Shown: positions 33,011 to 47,075, numbered from the whole stretch's first letter. The stretch is DNA of 63,780 bases, filler included, from Octopus bimaculoides (GCF_001194135.2; 8 parts of 8 records of this genome joined end to end with filler, not necessarily neighbours in it); one strand, 5' to 3'. A program made the numbers and translations. Notes: generated by a model not told the origin, from the sequence alone.

Positions 33011-33763
33011 CGTGTGCGTGTGCGTGTGTGTCTATGTCCTTTACAAGGAGGAAGAATCCATAATTCAAGAGTTGCTGCAATGGGAAGCAGAACATCAAGT
33101 TACTGAGTTATCGTCAGACTGGAGAACTCACTAATACAAGTGCTTGCTATAGAACAAACTCTACTTAATTCATTAAAGGGGCAGGTGACAGTGTTAAAAC
33201 GGGCAACTGGTTAGGTCAAGCCTATGATATTACCATCAGCACCTGGTGTGTACATAGTTCACCAAACACTTCTCATGAAACAGCTGCACCTGTTCCAAGC
33301 CTATGAAACTAATGTCTACACCTGATATGTACATTGTTCACTTAACACCTGGACCTAAGATGTCTGCTCAAAATTTAATTAATAAAGTAAAGAACAGCTA
33401 CCATGTTCACTTCTCATCTCAGAAGTTCAAATTGTATCAAAATTTGATATGGCTTTGATAACAAAATTATCTTTCAAATTTAGTTTGGATTAGAGTCCTT
33501 TTTTTTTTTCTATTATTTTAAGAAAGATATTCAATGATTTTTAACGATTAACAATGTTTGAAGGACAAATCTTGACATATGATGGTTAGATAAATTGTCA
33601 GGAAACTGACTCCCGTGAACAAAGATACAGTTTTACACTGTACACTGTATCTTTACACTGTAATCGCAAAGACATTCAATATACATTGTGGTGGTGGTGA
33701 TGACAATGACAATGACAACTATGACGATGACAACAACAACAACAATGATGATGATGACGACGA

Positions 33764-34000
33764 TGCTTTCCATGCTGGTATGAGTTGGATGGTTTGACAT
33801 GGAGCTAGCTAGCAGGGAGCTGTCCAGACTCCAACTGTCTGTTGTGGCATGGTTTCTACAGCTGGATGCCTTTCCTAATGCAAACCACTTGACAGAGTGT
33901 ACTGGGTGTTTCTTTATGTGCCACCAACACAGGTGTGTTTATGAAACACCGGTACAGGCGCTTTTTAAATGGTGCTCGCACCTGAAAAGATAAGCCTGTA
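33764..34000 (-). mobile_element. SINE family D fragment with (ATG)n-type tail
   Basis: gctttccatgct...tttctacagctggatgcc(c/t)ttcctaatgc shared with 36482-36632; abuts a (GAT/GAC)n tract. Confidence 0.7.
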
Positions 34001-34376
34001 TGTGTGGAAGACCACAATTTTACTTACCTAATAGACTATGCAATTCATAGATGTAGTTGTTAGTCACTGCAATTGTTAGTCGTTGCAGTTACTAGATATC
34101 ACAGTTGATAGATATCATAGATATTGTGGCTGCGTAGTGTTGACCTCTGATCAAAAGCATTCTAGCTGTGACCACCTGGCATTTTTTTAGGCATGGTCTG
34201 ACTAGGGTTACACTATTTAATGTGTCTTTCGAACATAGTACATCTTGGGCTACATTATTTAATGTCTTTCAGATATAGTTTACCTTGAATCTTTCAAACA
34301 GTCTCTTTAGGACTACAGTCTTTAAGGTGAGACAGGCTGACACTGAAGTGGCTTCGCGCCCTCCATTGTCAGTTAA

Positions 34377-34482
34377 AGTTCAGACAGTGTCATGTGACAA
34401 CTTGCTGGAGCTACTTGCTGGAGCCTAGCAGCGGGAAGTTTAGACAGTGTCATGTGACAACTTGCTGGTGCTGCCTACTGGA
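34377..34482. repeat. 60-bp tandem repeat running into an N gap
   Basis: agtt(c/t)agacagtgtcatgtgacaacttgctgg at 34377 and 34437. Confidence 0.85.
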
Positions 34483-35419
34483 NNNNNNNNNNNNNNNNNN
34501 NNNNNNNNNNNNNNNNNNNNNNNNNNNNNNNNNNNNNNNNNNNNNNNNNNNNNNNNNNNNNNNNNNNNNNNNNNNNNNNNNNNNNNNNNNNNNNNNNNNN
34601 NNNNNNNNNNNNNNNNNNNNNNNNNNNNNNNNNNNNNNNNNNNNNNNNNNNNNNNNNNNNNNNNNNNNNNNNNNNNNNNNNNNNNNNNNNNNNNNNNNNN
34701 NNNNNNNNNNNNNNNNNNNNNNNNGCAGCAGATATAAAAAGGGGAACTTGACACGACGATCAGTCGGACGCTGACACTCGTTGATGCTGCATCGAAGAGG
34801 CCAGGGAATAGAAGAAAGAAGACATGCACCCAACACCAGAGCTGAAGACACCTCCGAAAGGAGGGGCCCCGCCACGTCAAAACGGTAGAGGAGTAGGGGC
34901 CGAAACCGGACGTGGTTCCTCCTGATGATGTCTTCAGCTAACTGGATCCTATAAAGGAGCTGTTGTGGTAGCAGACCACGAAACATGGTTGAAATTCCTC
35001 AGTGATAGTCTGCCTAGGACTACAGTATTTAATGTGTTCTACAGACACGGTGTACCTAAGATTACATGATTCAGTGAATCCCTTATGTTTTTAAAATAAT
35101 AGGGTGTGCTTTGAGGAAGATTTGACATCTATTTCTAGCAGGCTAAACAACAGCATAGAGCAAGTGTTCCCAACATGGATGCCTGCATAGGATTGTGTGA
35201 TGGTATTTTAGTTGCTGCAACAGAGAAGGAAAATATATACTTTATTAAAATCACTTTCCACTATAAAATTATCAACTAACTCTTAAAATAACTTTATTCT
35301 ATTAAGCACTCCAAGGATTTTGTTTTCCTGTATCTGTAGACTCAACCCTTTAACAGCAGAGCACATCAACTGATGATCTGCAAAACATCCCATCCTATGG
35401 GTTTCATTTGTTGATAATT

Positions 35420-35632
35420 ATTTCAAATTTTTGTTACAAGTCCAGCGATTTTAGAGGGAGGACATTGTTGATTATATGAACACCAGTTATTGATAGGTAC
35501 TTATTTTATGAACTTGAAAGAGATGAAAGGCAAAGGGGAACTTGGCAGAATTTGAATTGAGAATGTAAGAAGCCAAAAGAAATACTGCTAAGCATTTTGT
35601 TCAAAGGTCTAATGATTATGCCAGCTCATTGC
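35420..35632 (-). mobile_element. SINE family A, diverged
   Basis: gatgaaaggcaaa...gaatttgaa...ctaagcatttt blocks. Confidence 0.75.
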
Positions 35633-35654
35633 TTTACTGTTTGTTGATAATATA

Positions 35655-35679
<25 letters not shown>

Positions 35680-35688
<9 letters not shown>

Positions 35689-36038
35689 TTTACTTGTTTC
35701 AGTCATTTGACTGCGGCCATGCTGGAGCACTACCTTTAGTCGAGCAAATCGATCCCCGGACTTATTCTTTGTAAGCCTAGTACTTATTCTATCGGTCTCT
35801 TTTACCGAACCACTAACTGACGGGGACATAGACACACCAGCATCGGTTGTCAAGCAATGCTAGGGGACAAACACAGACACACACACACACACACACGCAC
35901 ATACACACATATATATATACGACTACGACAGGCTTCTTTCAGTTTCCGTCTACCAAATCCACTCACAAGGCTTTGGTCGGCCCGAGGCTATAGTAGAAGA
36001 CACTTGCCCAAGATGCCACGCAGAGGGACTGAACCCAG
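35680..36038 (-). mobile_element. SINE family B (CORE-like domain, internal CA/TA microsatellite)
   Basis: Minus strand reads ggcatcttgggcaagtgtcttctactatagcctcgggccgaccaaagccttgtgagtgg, resembling the CORE domain; then the shared 3' half. Confidence 0.85.
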
Positions 36039-36481
36039 ATGAGCACAAAAAATTAAAACTGGTAATTGTAGGCTGCCTTCTAAATCATTTTGAGTCAAAA
36101 ACACATGTTGCTAGTTGATAGCTTGCTGTTTAGCCTATGAGTGTTTTTGATGGTATAAAAGATGTACCAGTATATTAGATGCACTCCAATTTCAGCAACA
36201 CATATTCAAGAAAAAGGTTTTTCATGCATTTAAGTTTATGGTAGGCACAACTACACATACAGGACCTGGGGTGATAGTGATATTTTTGAGACATTGTTTT
36301 GCAAAAAAGTTCATCTTGTATGACATCAAATATGATTCTTAAGTACTCAGTTCCCTTAAGAGTTTCCTTGATTACATATTTTGTTCTGAGAATAAAAAAA
36401 AACAGTAAGTGAAGGGTTTTCAGCACTCTATGTTCCTTATATAATTTTCCAAAATAACAATATATCATCATCATTATCATT

Positions 36482-36632
36482 GTTGTTTAACGTCCGCTTT
36501 CCATGCTAGCATGGGTTGGATGATTTCACTGAGGACTGGTGGACCAGGTGGCTACACCAGGCTCCAATCTGATTTGGCAGAGTTTCTACAGCTGGATGCC
36601 CTTCCTAATGCCAACCACTCCGAGAGTGTAGC
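36482..36632 (-). mobile_element. SINE family D fragment
   Basis: Homologous to 33764-34000; flanked by (ATC)n. Confidence 0.7.
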
Positions 36633-37037
36633 TATATGTATTTAAAAGATTCTGTCAGTTACACTTACATTGAGTCAAACTCTTATTTTAGCTACATTTA
36701 ATCACCACAGTTCTGTGTGGTTTAATTAAAAACAACATTAATTATTTATTAAAAAATTGACTACTTCATCTTTAAATGTAGATGTTTTTCTGTAGGGGGT
36801 GCCAAAATGAATTTTAAAATTATGTATATGTGCAGGATACAGAAAAGGTCATAAACCATCAACATGGAAGTTCTCTAGTTGGATATTATAACTTACTGCA
36901 GTTGTTAGCTGTTATAGTTAGTAGATACAAAGAATACTTGTTAAATACTTATAACTATTATTAGATAACAACAGGTAATTAATAGCAATAAATAACACGT
37001 AATAACTATAGATAACTAATATTAATTAACAACATAA

Positions 37038-37445
37038 GTGTAGCTCTGTGGTAAGAAACTTGCTTTCCAACCACATGGTTCCAGGTTCAGTCCCACTGCG
37101 TGGCACCATGGGCAAGTGTCTTCTACTATAGCTTCAGGCTGATCAAAGCCTTGTGAGTGAATTCGGCTGACAGAAACTGAAAGAAACCTGTTGTATATAT
37201 ACATGTATATATTTATGAGTGTGTCTCTGTGTTTGTTCTCCCCACCACTACCACCACAGTTTGACAACAGGTGCTGGTTTATTTATGCCCCCATAACTTA
37301 GCAGTTCAGCAAAAGAAATCAATAGAATAAGTACCAGGCTTTAAAAAAAATAAGTCCTGGGGGTCAATTGATTCAAATAAAAATTCTTCATGGCAGTGCC
37401 CCAACATGGCCACAATCTAATGAGTGAAACAATTTAAAAAATATA
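37038..37445 (+). mobile_element. SINE family B, near full length
   Basis: A-box-like tagctctgtgg, B-box-like ggttcagtcc, CORE-like block, internal TA/TG tract and 3' half. Confidence 0.88.
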
Positions 37446-38487
37446 AAAATTANNNNNNNNNNNNNNNNNNNNNNNNNNNNNNNNNNNNNNNNNNNNTTAA
37501 TTAATTAANNNNNNNNNNNNNNNNNNNNNNNNNNNNNNNNNNNNNNNNNNNNTATATATATATATAAATAGTTCTGTATTAAGTATATACTTGTCTGTGC
37601 TTACAGAGAACATCTGCTGCCCCTGAGCCAACAGAAGGCTCGCCAGTTTCGTGAGGACAACCAACACCACAGGCTTAAAATAAACTAGGTCAACCGGGAC
37701 ACCCATTAAACGATGCCTGTTCAACCACATGTCCTCTTTCAGGATTCCAGAAACACGATTTGTCTCATCCCTGGCCAGCCATGTTTGGTACACCAGAGAT
37801 TAAGGGAATCCATATGATTTCATTTGGAGGTTCTTAGAGCGACCGGGACCCGAACTCTATATTAACGGGAACAAAGACTTCAAGCTTTGGGCAACCGAGC
37901 GAGACTCTCTGAAACATGGTTCACAGAACACTTTTGCTATATTTATAATAATAAATAAAGTATGCCTGTAATACATCAGTGTCGGACCTGTGGAGTACGT
38001 TCTTTATAATAAGATTAAAAGTACTAAACAACATAGCATACAGCTGCATGGAGTTAGATGATTTTAATTTCCTGACTTGAAACAACGGTAGCCTCAACAT
38101 TGCTTTTCTTTTATCCTAGCAAATCTAAAAACATGCTCCATCGAAAAATCCAAATGCAACATAAAAAAAAATCCACCGATCATAATCATATATTTCACTT
38201 TTACTGAATTCACAAAGATAGATTTTATATACAACGTATAAGAAAAAAATAATTGAATCTGTCCTTCGATCAACTTGTTGGTTATGCATTCCTTCCGATA
38301 CATATTTCTCGATGTACTTAATATCCTCATTTTCATATATATTTCTAATGTAAAATTCACTATTTCTTTTCAAAATCTCCACGAAAGCCGAAATTGTTTC
38401 GTGATACTAGCAGAGAAAATGCTCGATTCATCATAACGATTCTGAAGTGTACAATCTTAGGCGTGTATTAAAATAACGCCAAAGCTT

Positions 38488-38519
<32 letters not shown>

Positions 38520-38944
38520 TCCAATTGTTAAAGCAGAGGGAAATTTTAATAATGGCAGATATCGTTACAACAGATTATATAAATTTAATCTCTCTCCCAA
38601 TACACCCAGTTCCGTGCAGAGCCCTGGTTTTGGATGGATATGAATTTATAAAGAATATTTACTTATGCATATTTATATTATGTTACGTAGTTTGTGTGGG
38701 TCGGGGCAATGTTTCCTCCATGGTGTATGCTTGTACACACGCACGAATTTTACACAAGGGGGAAATTGCGCACACATAAGGTTTTGAAGATGAAATAAAT
38801 TTCTTTTTCATTGAGGATGTTTACTAGCGTGGATGCTCACACATTTTGCAAAGAAACACAACGTTTGCACACAGGCAACATTTTGCACACCGCAAATTTC
38901 AGAGAGCATTGTTCTGACCACGTGACAATAATTATTATCATTCA

Positions 38945-39225
38945 TTAGTTTTATTTTTATAACGTGCTTTCACTTCACTACCGAGCGCAGCTCTGTGTGC
39001 CTTGGGTATGTGCTGTGGTTTACTGTGATGCTCTTATGGTTACTGTATTGAAAGTGTTTTGCATAGAATGTGTGCAGTGCCCAGTAGTGCAATTTTCTGT
39101 ATGTTATATATATTTGTAAGTCCTGGTGTTTTTGTTATGTAGTTGTCTGAATATTTTTTTTTATTATACCTAAGGCATTCCTACCTATGATACGAATTTT
39201 TTCTGTTTTTAGATTCCACATTCCA

Positions 39226-39282
<57 letters not shown>

Positions 39283-39369
39283 TTATGTTTGACTTTTGTT
39301 TTGCATTTGTACAAATTGGATCCAAGTCTCACCCAGAGACCTCAAGAGACAACAAGTTAGAAGTTGTTG
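38945..39369 (-). mobile_element. Two R4/Dong-like 3' ends in tandem, separated by (TTA)n at 39227-39282
   Basis: 38945-39226 encodes MWNLKTEKIRII..ALGII..KTPGLTNIYNIQKIALLGTAHIL plus the same 3' UTR as 21664-21989. Confidence 0.85.
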
Positions 39370-39469
39370 NNNNNNNNNNNNNNNNNNNNNNNNNNNNNNN
39401 NNNNNNNNNNNNNTTAATTAATTAANNNNNNNNNNNNNNNNNNNNNNNNNNNNNNNNNNNNNNNNNNNN

Positions 39470-39500
<31 letters not shown>

Positions 39501-40189
39501 GCCATACGAAGTGTGTATACGGTCAAAAGTTTGTTTTCTGTCTGTCTTTCGCTACTGCAATGCTACTTAATAATAGATATAACATTCTCATTGACATACA
39601 AATGAAGTTGTTGTTTACTGTTTAGCCCCAAGTCATTCTAGACTGACCAGACTCACGAACAAGAAGTTCAAGCTGTGGCCATTCAACCAATTTTTGTTGT
39701 CCGAGAATAATGTACTGCACATTCAATGAAGCAACGTATCTTCTTGAAATGGCTTCCAGCAAAAGTTGCAGAAAGTTCAGCTATAAATTCGACAAAGGCG
39801 AAGTTTCATGTTCTTTGACGCCCAAGGGGTGTGTAATTCACACGGAATTTCGTCTCTCTTTCAACCACAGCTCAGATGTGACTTATATAAGTGGATTGAA
39901 TTGTTTATAGATCAAATAATGTATATAAGTCGAAGCAAATTCCTGGCTCTTTTGGATTCTTAATGATTCTTTAATGTTATCTTATATTATATTCTTAGTA
40001 TATTATGTTTATTATAATATTAATAAATAATTGGAATGTCCATTGAATCTATCTAATTTACTGTTTATATATATGCACACACACATATATACATGTATAT
40101 ATATATACATATATATACATATATGGTTGTTGTCTACTCCTTATGCAGAGTTTGACCACCTCCTGTACCTACACCTTAGCACCATTATG

Positions 40190-40415
40190 TATGTGCGTGT
40201 GTATATGTTTGTTCATCTGTGTTTGTTCTCCCAGCATCGCTTGACAACCGATGTTGACATGTTAACGTCCCCGTAACTTAGCGGTTTGGCAAAAGAGGGC
40301 GATAGAATAAGTACTAGGCTTGCAAAGAATAAGTCCTGGGGTCGATTTGTTCGACTAAAGGCGGTGCTCCAGCATGGCCGCAGTCAAATGACTGAAACAA
40401 GTAGAAGAATAAAAG
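40190..40415 (+). mobile_element. SINE family B, 3' half
   Basis: cgcttgacaaccgatg...gaataagtcctggggtcgatttg...ccagcatggccgcagtc. Confidence 0.88.
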
Positions 40416-41205
40416 AATATATATATACCGACTTTGCTCACAAGCATTCATGTACGTACTTTTGTCTAAGAATTCTACTAACCCTCCATATATTGTAATT
40501 AAAACACATGCACGTACATACTGATATGCTATATAAGCACATATATACACATAAATATACTTACACATACACTGATATAATGCGTAGGTATATACACACT
40601 CAAGTACGCCTATGTACATATATATATTGCATACAATTACACCTATATACATACTTGCACACATTTATGTGTGCATAAAGTGAGGCCCATTTATAAAATT
40701 CTCCAGTTTGTCTGGAAGTTATTTATAGAAATAAAAACAATCAGTTTTGTATTCCGACCAATTTCTCAGCCCAAAATAGAAGAAGAGTTGACATTTAGGC
40801 AAGACTGAAAAATAACTTTCGATAAAAGACGAGGTTGCTGCTGCTGCTGCTGCTGCTGCCGATATTGGTGGTGGTCATGGTGGTGTTGGTGCAGTGTTGC
40901 TGTGTACGATAATGATGATTACTACGAGATAAAAATGATTGCGACGACCACGAAGACAGTAACGCCATAACACACACACGCGTGAGCCGCACACGGACAC
41001 ACGCACGCACGCACGCATGCGTTGGTACATGTCTGTGTTAGTTTGTATGAGTGTCTGCTGGCTTCAATCGACAAACCAAGTCAATATTTTACAGCACTGG
41101 CTACTTTATATTTTTCCTTCGTTATTTCTAACGTGGCACTAATACATATACATGCATTCAAAATACACACATATGCTTACATATATACACATATACACGT
41201 ATTTT

Positions 41206-41281
<76 letters not shown>

Positions 41282-41604
41282 NNNNNNNNNNNNNNNNNNN
41301 NNNNNNNNNNNNNNNNNNNNNNNNNNNNNNNNNNNNNNNNNNNNNNNNNNNNNNNNNNNNNNNNNNNNNNNNNNNNNNNNNNNNNNNNNNNNNNNNNNNN
41401 NNNNNNNNNNNNNNNNNNNNNNNNNNNNNNNNNNNNNNNNNNNNNNNNNNNNNNNNNNNNNNNNNNNNNNNNNNNNNNNNNNNNNNNNNNNNNNNNNNNN
41501 NNNNNNNNNNNNNNNNNNNNNNNNNNNNNNNNNNNNNNNNNNNNNNNNNNNNNNNNNNNNNNNNNNNNNNNNNNNNNNNNNNNNTATATATATATATATA
41601 TAAT

Positions 41605-41790
41605 TGTGTGTGTGTGTGTGTGTGTTTGTTCCCCCGCCATCGCTTGACAACCGATGTTGGTGTGTTTACGTCCCCGAAGACACCGATACAATAAGTACTA
41701 CGCTCACAAAGAATAAGTCCTGGGGTCAATTTCTCCGACTAAAAGCGGCCACAGTCACTGAAACAAGTAAAAGAATAAAAGAATATATAT
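41605..41790 (+). mobile_element. SINE family B, 3' half following a gap
   Basis: Same blocks as 40190-40415. Confidence 0.85.
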
Positions 41791-43609
41791 AAAATTCAGT
41801 AAATGGCCTTGTTATATCGGTAGTGGGAAGGGCATCCAGATTCATATCCTGAGCAGGTTTGTTATTCCTTCTCGGAGTGAAACGGGTTTCTGGAATATCA
41901 ATAGATTCTTGTCAAAGTGCCGACTCTTTGCAAAAGAAAGTTGTAAACAAGTAAGTTTTACTTCGTTCTAATCGATAATCTACAAATAATTATAATCAAC
42001 GGCCTAAGGATTGTGAACTTATGTTGTCTTTAATTCAGACACAAATACATATCAACCGTAATTAATAAACAATCAACAACGGATCCTTTATCAATACTAA
42101 ACCTTGTCCTCTACCCACTGGTTTTCAAAAAGTCTTGTAGAATAATCTCTGACTTGTCGTTTATTTAAAAAAAAACCCAAAAAACTTTTATATTAAAATA
42201 ATGTTTTAGTAAATAACAGGTTGAAAAGTACCTCATACCTAAAAGAACAGACTCTGTAAAATGATCTGGCGCACACTCTCATACTCATTATATGTAAAAA
42301 CCAACATGATTTAAAACCGTCTCGAGTAGAAATACATCTCTTTGATCCCCCTAACAGGAAAATTTGAAGCAGATGCTGTTTAACAGTGAATTATTGTGCC
42401 ATATCAATTATGAAAAACGTAGAAACATAGACACCAGTAAAAATAACAAAAGACAAGTGTGCATCTATGCAGGCTTTAAAAGTCACGTAGAGAATTTCAT
42501 ACTCACAGCTCAAACACTTACTCACTTGCATGTGTCCTTTTATATTGGACATCTCTTAGTAACTACGCTAATATATAAATTATGGTTAACATTAACTGTC
42601 GACAATCTTGGCCTTGCTTGCTACTGGACATTTATTTGTTGACATCTGGAGAATGGTATATGATTTCATACAACTGTGTCAATACAATTGTATGTCACTA
42701 TCAGCCAATAATGCACAAAGATTTCATCTGGAGGCGGCTATTATCTGGTAAGATGGAGTAATTATCACATATGTGTGTGTTTGCTACGTAACACACGACA
42801 GTTTTATATATATAGCTTTCAAAGAGCAGCTCGGCACTATCTAACAATTTCCTCAACGATTTATTATCTATCATGTTATAAACAAAGTAATTTTCTTTGC
42901 ATCAGTTTTTGAGTCTGATTTTCTCTTCGTTTCCTCACTTCCCCTTGTTAACACACACACACACACACACACTCTCTCTCTCTCTCTCACGCTCTTTCTC
43001 TCTCTGTCTTTCCCCTCACACGTACTCAAACACATGTACACACACAAACACACACGTACATACACGTATATATGTATGAATGCTCCTTTAACTACCCCCA
43101 CAAAAAACACATTCAATTCAATTATCTGTGTCCACAATAAGTTATAGTTTCCAATTTTTTTCTTCACCATTTTCAAACGACCATACTAATAGAAACATAC
43201 AAAACACCACAAAATGATTTCAAATCGTCTCATTTGATATTTTCATTTTAGAAAATATTTTATATATATTTTTTCCATAATATATTAATATATATTATAC
43301 TGTTTTTTTTTTCGGTCGTCTCAATCGCTTTCACCATACATTCAATATATTCAACAACAATTTCAACATTAAAAAAATTATGAGGAAAATGGGGGGATAA
43401 ATGTATTGAACAAAAATAAATCAAGTTTTTCCATCAGAGTTCTTGCTTTTATTTATTAAATATATACTTCGGAAAATGAAAAATAATAAAAACATAGAGC
43501 ATGAAATAAGTATGTAACACCAGGCTACATCTCTTTCTGTCTCTATCACACCCTTCCTTTGTGTGTGCATGTGTGCGTATGTTTTATATATATATATATA
43601 AATATCTGT

Positions 43610-43651
<42 letters not shown>

Positions 43652-43830
43652 GTGTGTTTTTATATATATATATATATAGACATATGTTTATATATATACT
43701 GATAACACAATTATAAATACATATATGTATGGAGATATGTATACATACTTGCGTGTATGTACACACATATGCATATATACGTTATATATATATATTTGTA
43801 AAATAGTGTATGTATATATAGGTATGTATG

Positions 43831-43865
<35 letters not shown>

Positions 43866-44666
43866 ACACACAACCATACACACACATAATACATAAATAT
43901 ATAAAGTACTTATATGTGGATATTTATATATACATGCATACGCTTATATATATATATATATAAAATTTGTCATTAATATTTTCTGTTATACACACCATTT
44001 ACTTTCATCCACATTTTTTTCATTTACATTTTAATATTCTTTTATGGCGAATATTTTCTGATTTTATGTTTTTTTTGTCATCTTTATTTTCCTCCTTTGC
44101 TTTATCTGACTCCTCTTTCCCCTCCTCTTCTCCTCCCCTTCATTTTAGGCCTCCTACTCTCACCTTCACCCTCCTTCTCTCAGTGCCTCCAGTTATAGTN
44201 NNNNNNNNNTATATATATACATATATATATATATGTATATATATATATAGTGTGTGTCTATGAGTACATGTGTACGTGTATATATACATAGACACCCCTC
44301 AATAAAATATAAAATTCATATTAAAATGAAACTTCTTAGGACAGCAAGAACTATTTCATGTGTAAAATATTTATAAAGCACTCAACGAGGAGAACCAGAA
44401 TATGAATGAGAGCATTGCTATGTGAAATATATGATGTGTAAATCTATTTAGTACATTAAAATATTACCCGAGGCAATAAACCCACGTGGCTCGACGCACA
44501 TGTGCTTCTGACGCGTGTGTATTGCCAAAGCTCATTTAACTCCCGTCTTTATTAGGTACAGGCTGCAGAGCAATGGTCAAACGAAATGCACCTTCATATG
44601 TGTGCACATAAATATGTAAATGTGAAGCATATGTAAATGTGAAGCATATGTTAATGTATACATCTG

Positions 44667-44670
44667 TTTG

Positions 44671-44729
<59 letters not shown>

Positions 44730-44764
44730 GTCTGTCTGTATGTCTGTCTATACGTCTGTCTGCC

Positions 44765-44858
<94 letters not shown>
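44667..44858. repeat. (TCTA)n(TCTG)n(TCTA)n compound microsatellite
   Basis: Direct reading. Confidence 0.97.
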
Positions 44859-44859
<1 letters not shown>

Positions 44860-45889
44860 GTACATACACACACACACACGAAGGGAAAACGAAAAGTTGT
44901 AAAAAGAACCGAAATACACTTTTATAATTCAATCACAAACATAGTCAACGTTGTAAATATCTTTATATAAAGAATTCAAATTTCTAAAAATTGACAATAA
45001 AAATAAATCAATTGTACTTAATGAGTTTGATAAAAGTGACGCCGAAATACTTGGCGAACAAAAACAACAAAATCATTTATAAAATAGTGAAGGTGAATGA
45101 CAAAACTCTACCGTGATTAGGATAGTGATGTATTTAATGTCAGAGTCATGTGCTGAATTAGCATAAATGAACATAAAATTAACATAAATAAACTAGAATA
45201 AAGCTTTAGTTATACAACCGTCACTTAATGAAGATTGAGACGAATTTAGTTTATCCAGTGTATACCTGTCTTGAACGCACGTGCGCCAGGGCAAGATGGC
45301 TTCATACCTTGTTATAAGCATTTAAAATGGTAGGACATGCGTCCTATTTCAATGTATTAAATAGATATATGTATGAGCCGTGATAAATACACAGTTTATT
45401 AGAAGCAATGTGTGAATGTGTATAATGAGAGGCAAAATGTCAGCAACACAGAATATCCTATTAATTGGTTGTAGGGAGATTCTTTTTAATATGTCGGTAT
45501 TTTGGGTTCGTAGTTCTGGCATAAAATGACAGAAGAAATGTGATGAAGATGGAAACCACGGTATCGAAGTTTTCATCTTGGCATAGACCGTAGTTCTGTA
45601 CATTCATGACATCAGACCAATTCTTGGGACAGAGCTCTCTGATGAAGATTAAACAACTACCCCGCCATAAATCCTAGAATAATCAACAGAAGCCGCCATT
45701 CCACACTAAAGAAATCTTTGACAGGAATTCTGTCTCAAGTATAATATTGGAATTAACATGGCTATGAGGTTGTTCTGATGCTTTGTGGAATTCAAATAAT
45801 AATGGTCTCTCGGTGCTACCAGAGAGCACCATGCTTGAGTTTCATTTCGTTTTTCGGAAATTTATCAGAAGTAGCGAAAAACGAAGACT

Positions 45890-46245
45890 TGGCTGTATGG
45901 TAAAAAGTTTGCTTCCCAACCACATGGTTCCAGTTTCAGTCCCACTGCATGACACTCTGGGCTAGTGTTTTCTACTATGACCACTGGCCAACCAAAGCTT
46001 TGTGAGTGGATTTTGTAGATAGATAACTGAAAGAAACCCGACGCGTGTCTGTGTGTCTGTGTCTCACCACCACTTGATAACCGGAGCTGATGTGTTTACA
46101 TTCCTGCGACGTCGCGATTCGGCCTAAGTAACCGACAGACTACGTACCAGGCTTAAAGACTACAAGCACTGGGGTTAATTCGTTCGGCTTAAGCTCTTTA
46201 AGGCAGTGCCCCAGCATGGGCGTAGCCTAATGACCGAAACAAATT
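45890..46245 (+). mobile_element. SINE family B, diverged full length
   Basis: tgcttcccaaccacatggttcc...cagtcccactgc head and shared body. Confidence 0.82.
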
Positions 46246-46968
46246 TCAGAAAATACTATTGACCTATCTTCTGTATTGATTCACAAACAGGTGTTTACCA
46301 AATTACAAAACTGCTGTCTCTATAAGATCAAATTCGACACCATGGGCTTGTATCTTATTTCCTCTCCATCATTTCTATTCATGTTCTATCATATTTAGGG
46401 GTCATGAATATCTGGAATGTCGATATACTAAGATAAATATCACCTGTTTTTGAAATGAAGAACAAAACCTCTGTTATTGAGCGTGTGTGTGTATGTGTGT
46501 GTATATATATACATATGTGTATATATATACATATGTGTGTGTGTGCATGTAAGTGAGAAAGAGTGTGTGTGTGTATTTATATATATTTATGCGTGTGAGT
46601 GTGTATCGTATTATTCGTTGTTTTTGTTGTTGCCTCTCCCTTCCATTCTCTTTAAACCTGTTCGCGTCTGTGCCTATAATCATTTGCATTCCCATATCTA
46701 GAAACATACACACATATACATGCATACATGCATACATACAGACAGACAGGCACATGTGATTGATTTACTTTTATTGGTAAAGTGTTTTGGCACTGACAGT
46801 CATCTGTTCTCTACTTCTATTTCTACAAGACAAACTGACGCAGGAGATATCGAATATGGCTTGTTTCATATACCTTGTGTGAGAAATGATAGCCATCAAA
46901 TTAAAGAACCGGCAGAGAAAATAATAATAACAATACTTATACTACTACTAATAATACATACATTCATA

Positions 46969-47069
<101 letters not shown>

Positions 47070-47075
47070 CATATA

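Noticed and set aside
38125-38382. 85-aa minus ORF (EILKRNSEFYIRNIYENEDIKY...)
   Set aside because: GTG start, in-frame stop just upstream, no splice support, no recognisable family and not coiled-coil.
42240-42350. THAP-like RVC..HF motif on minus
   Set aside because: Needs a frameshift and lacks the other zinc ligands.
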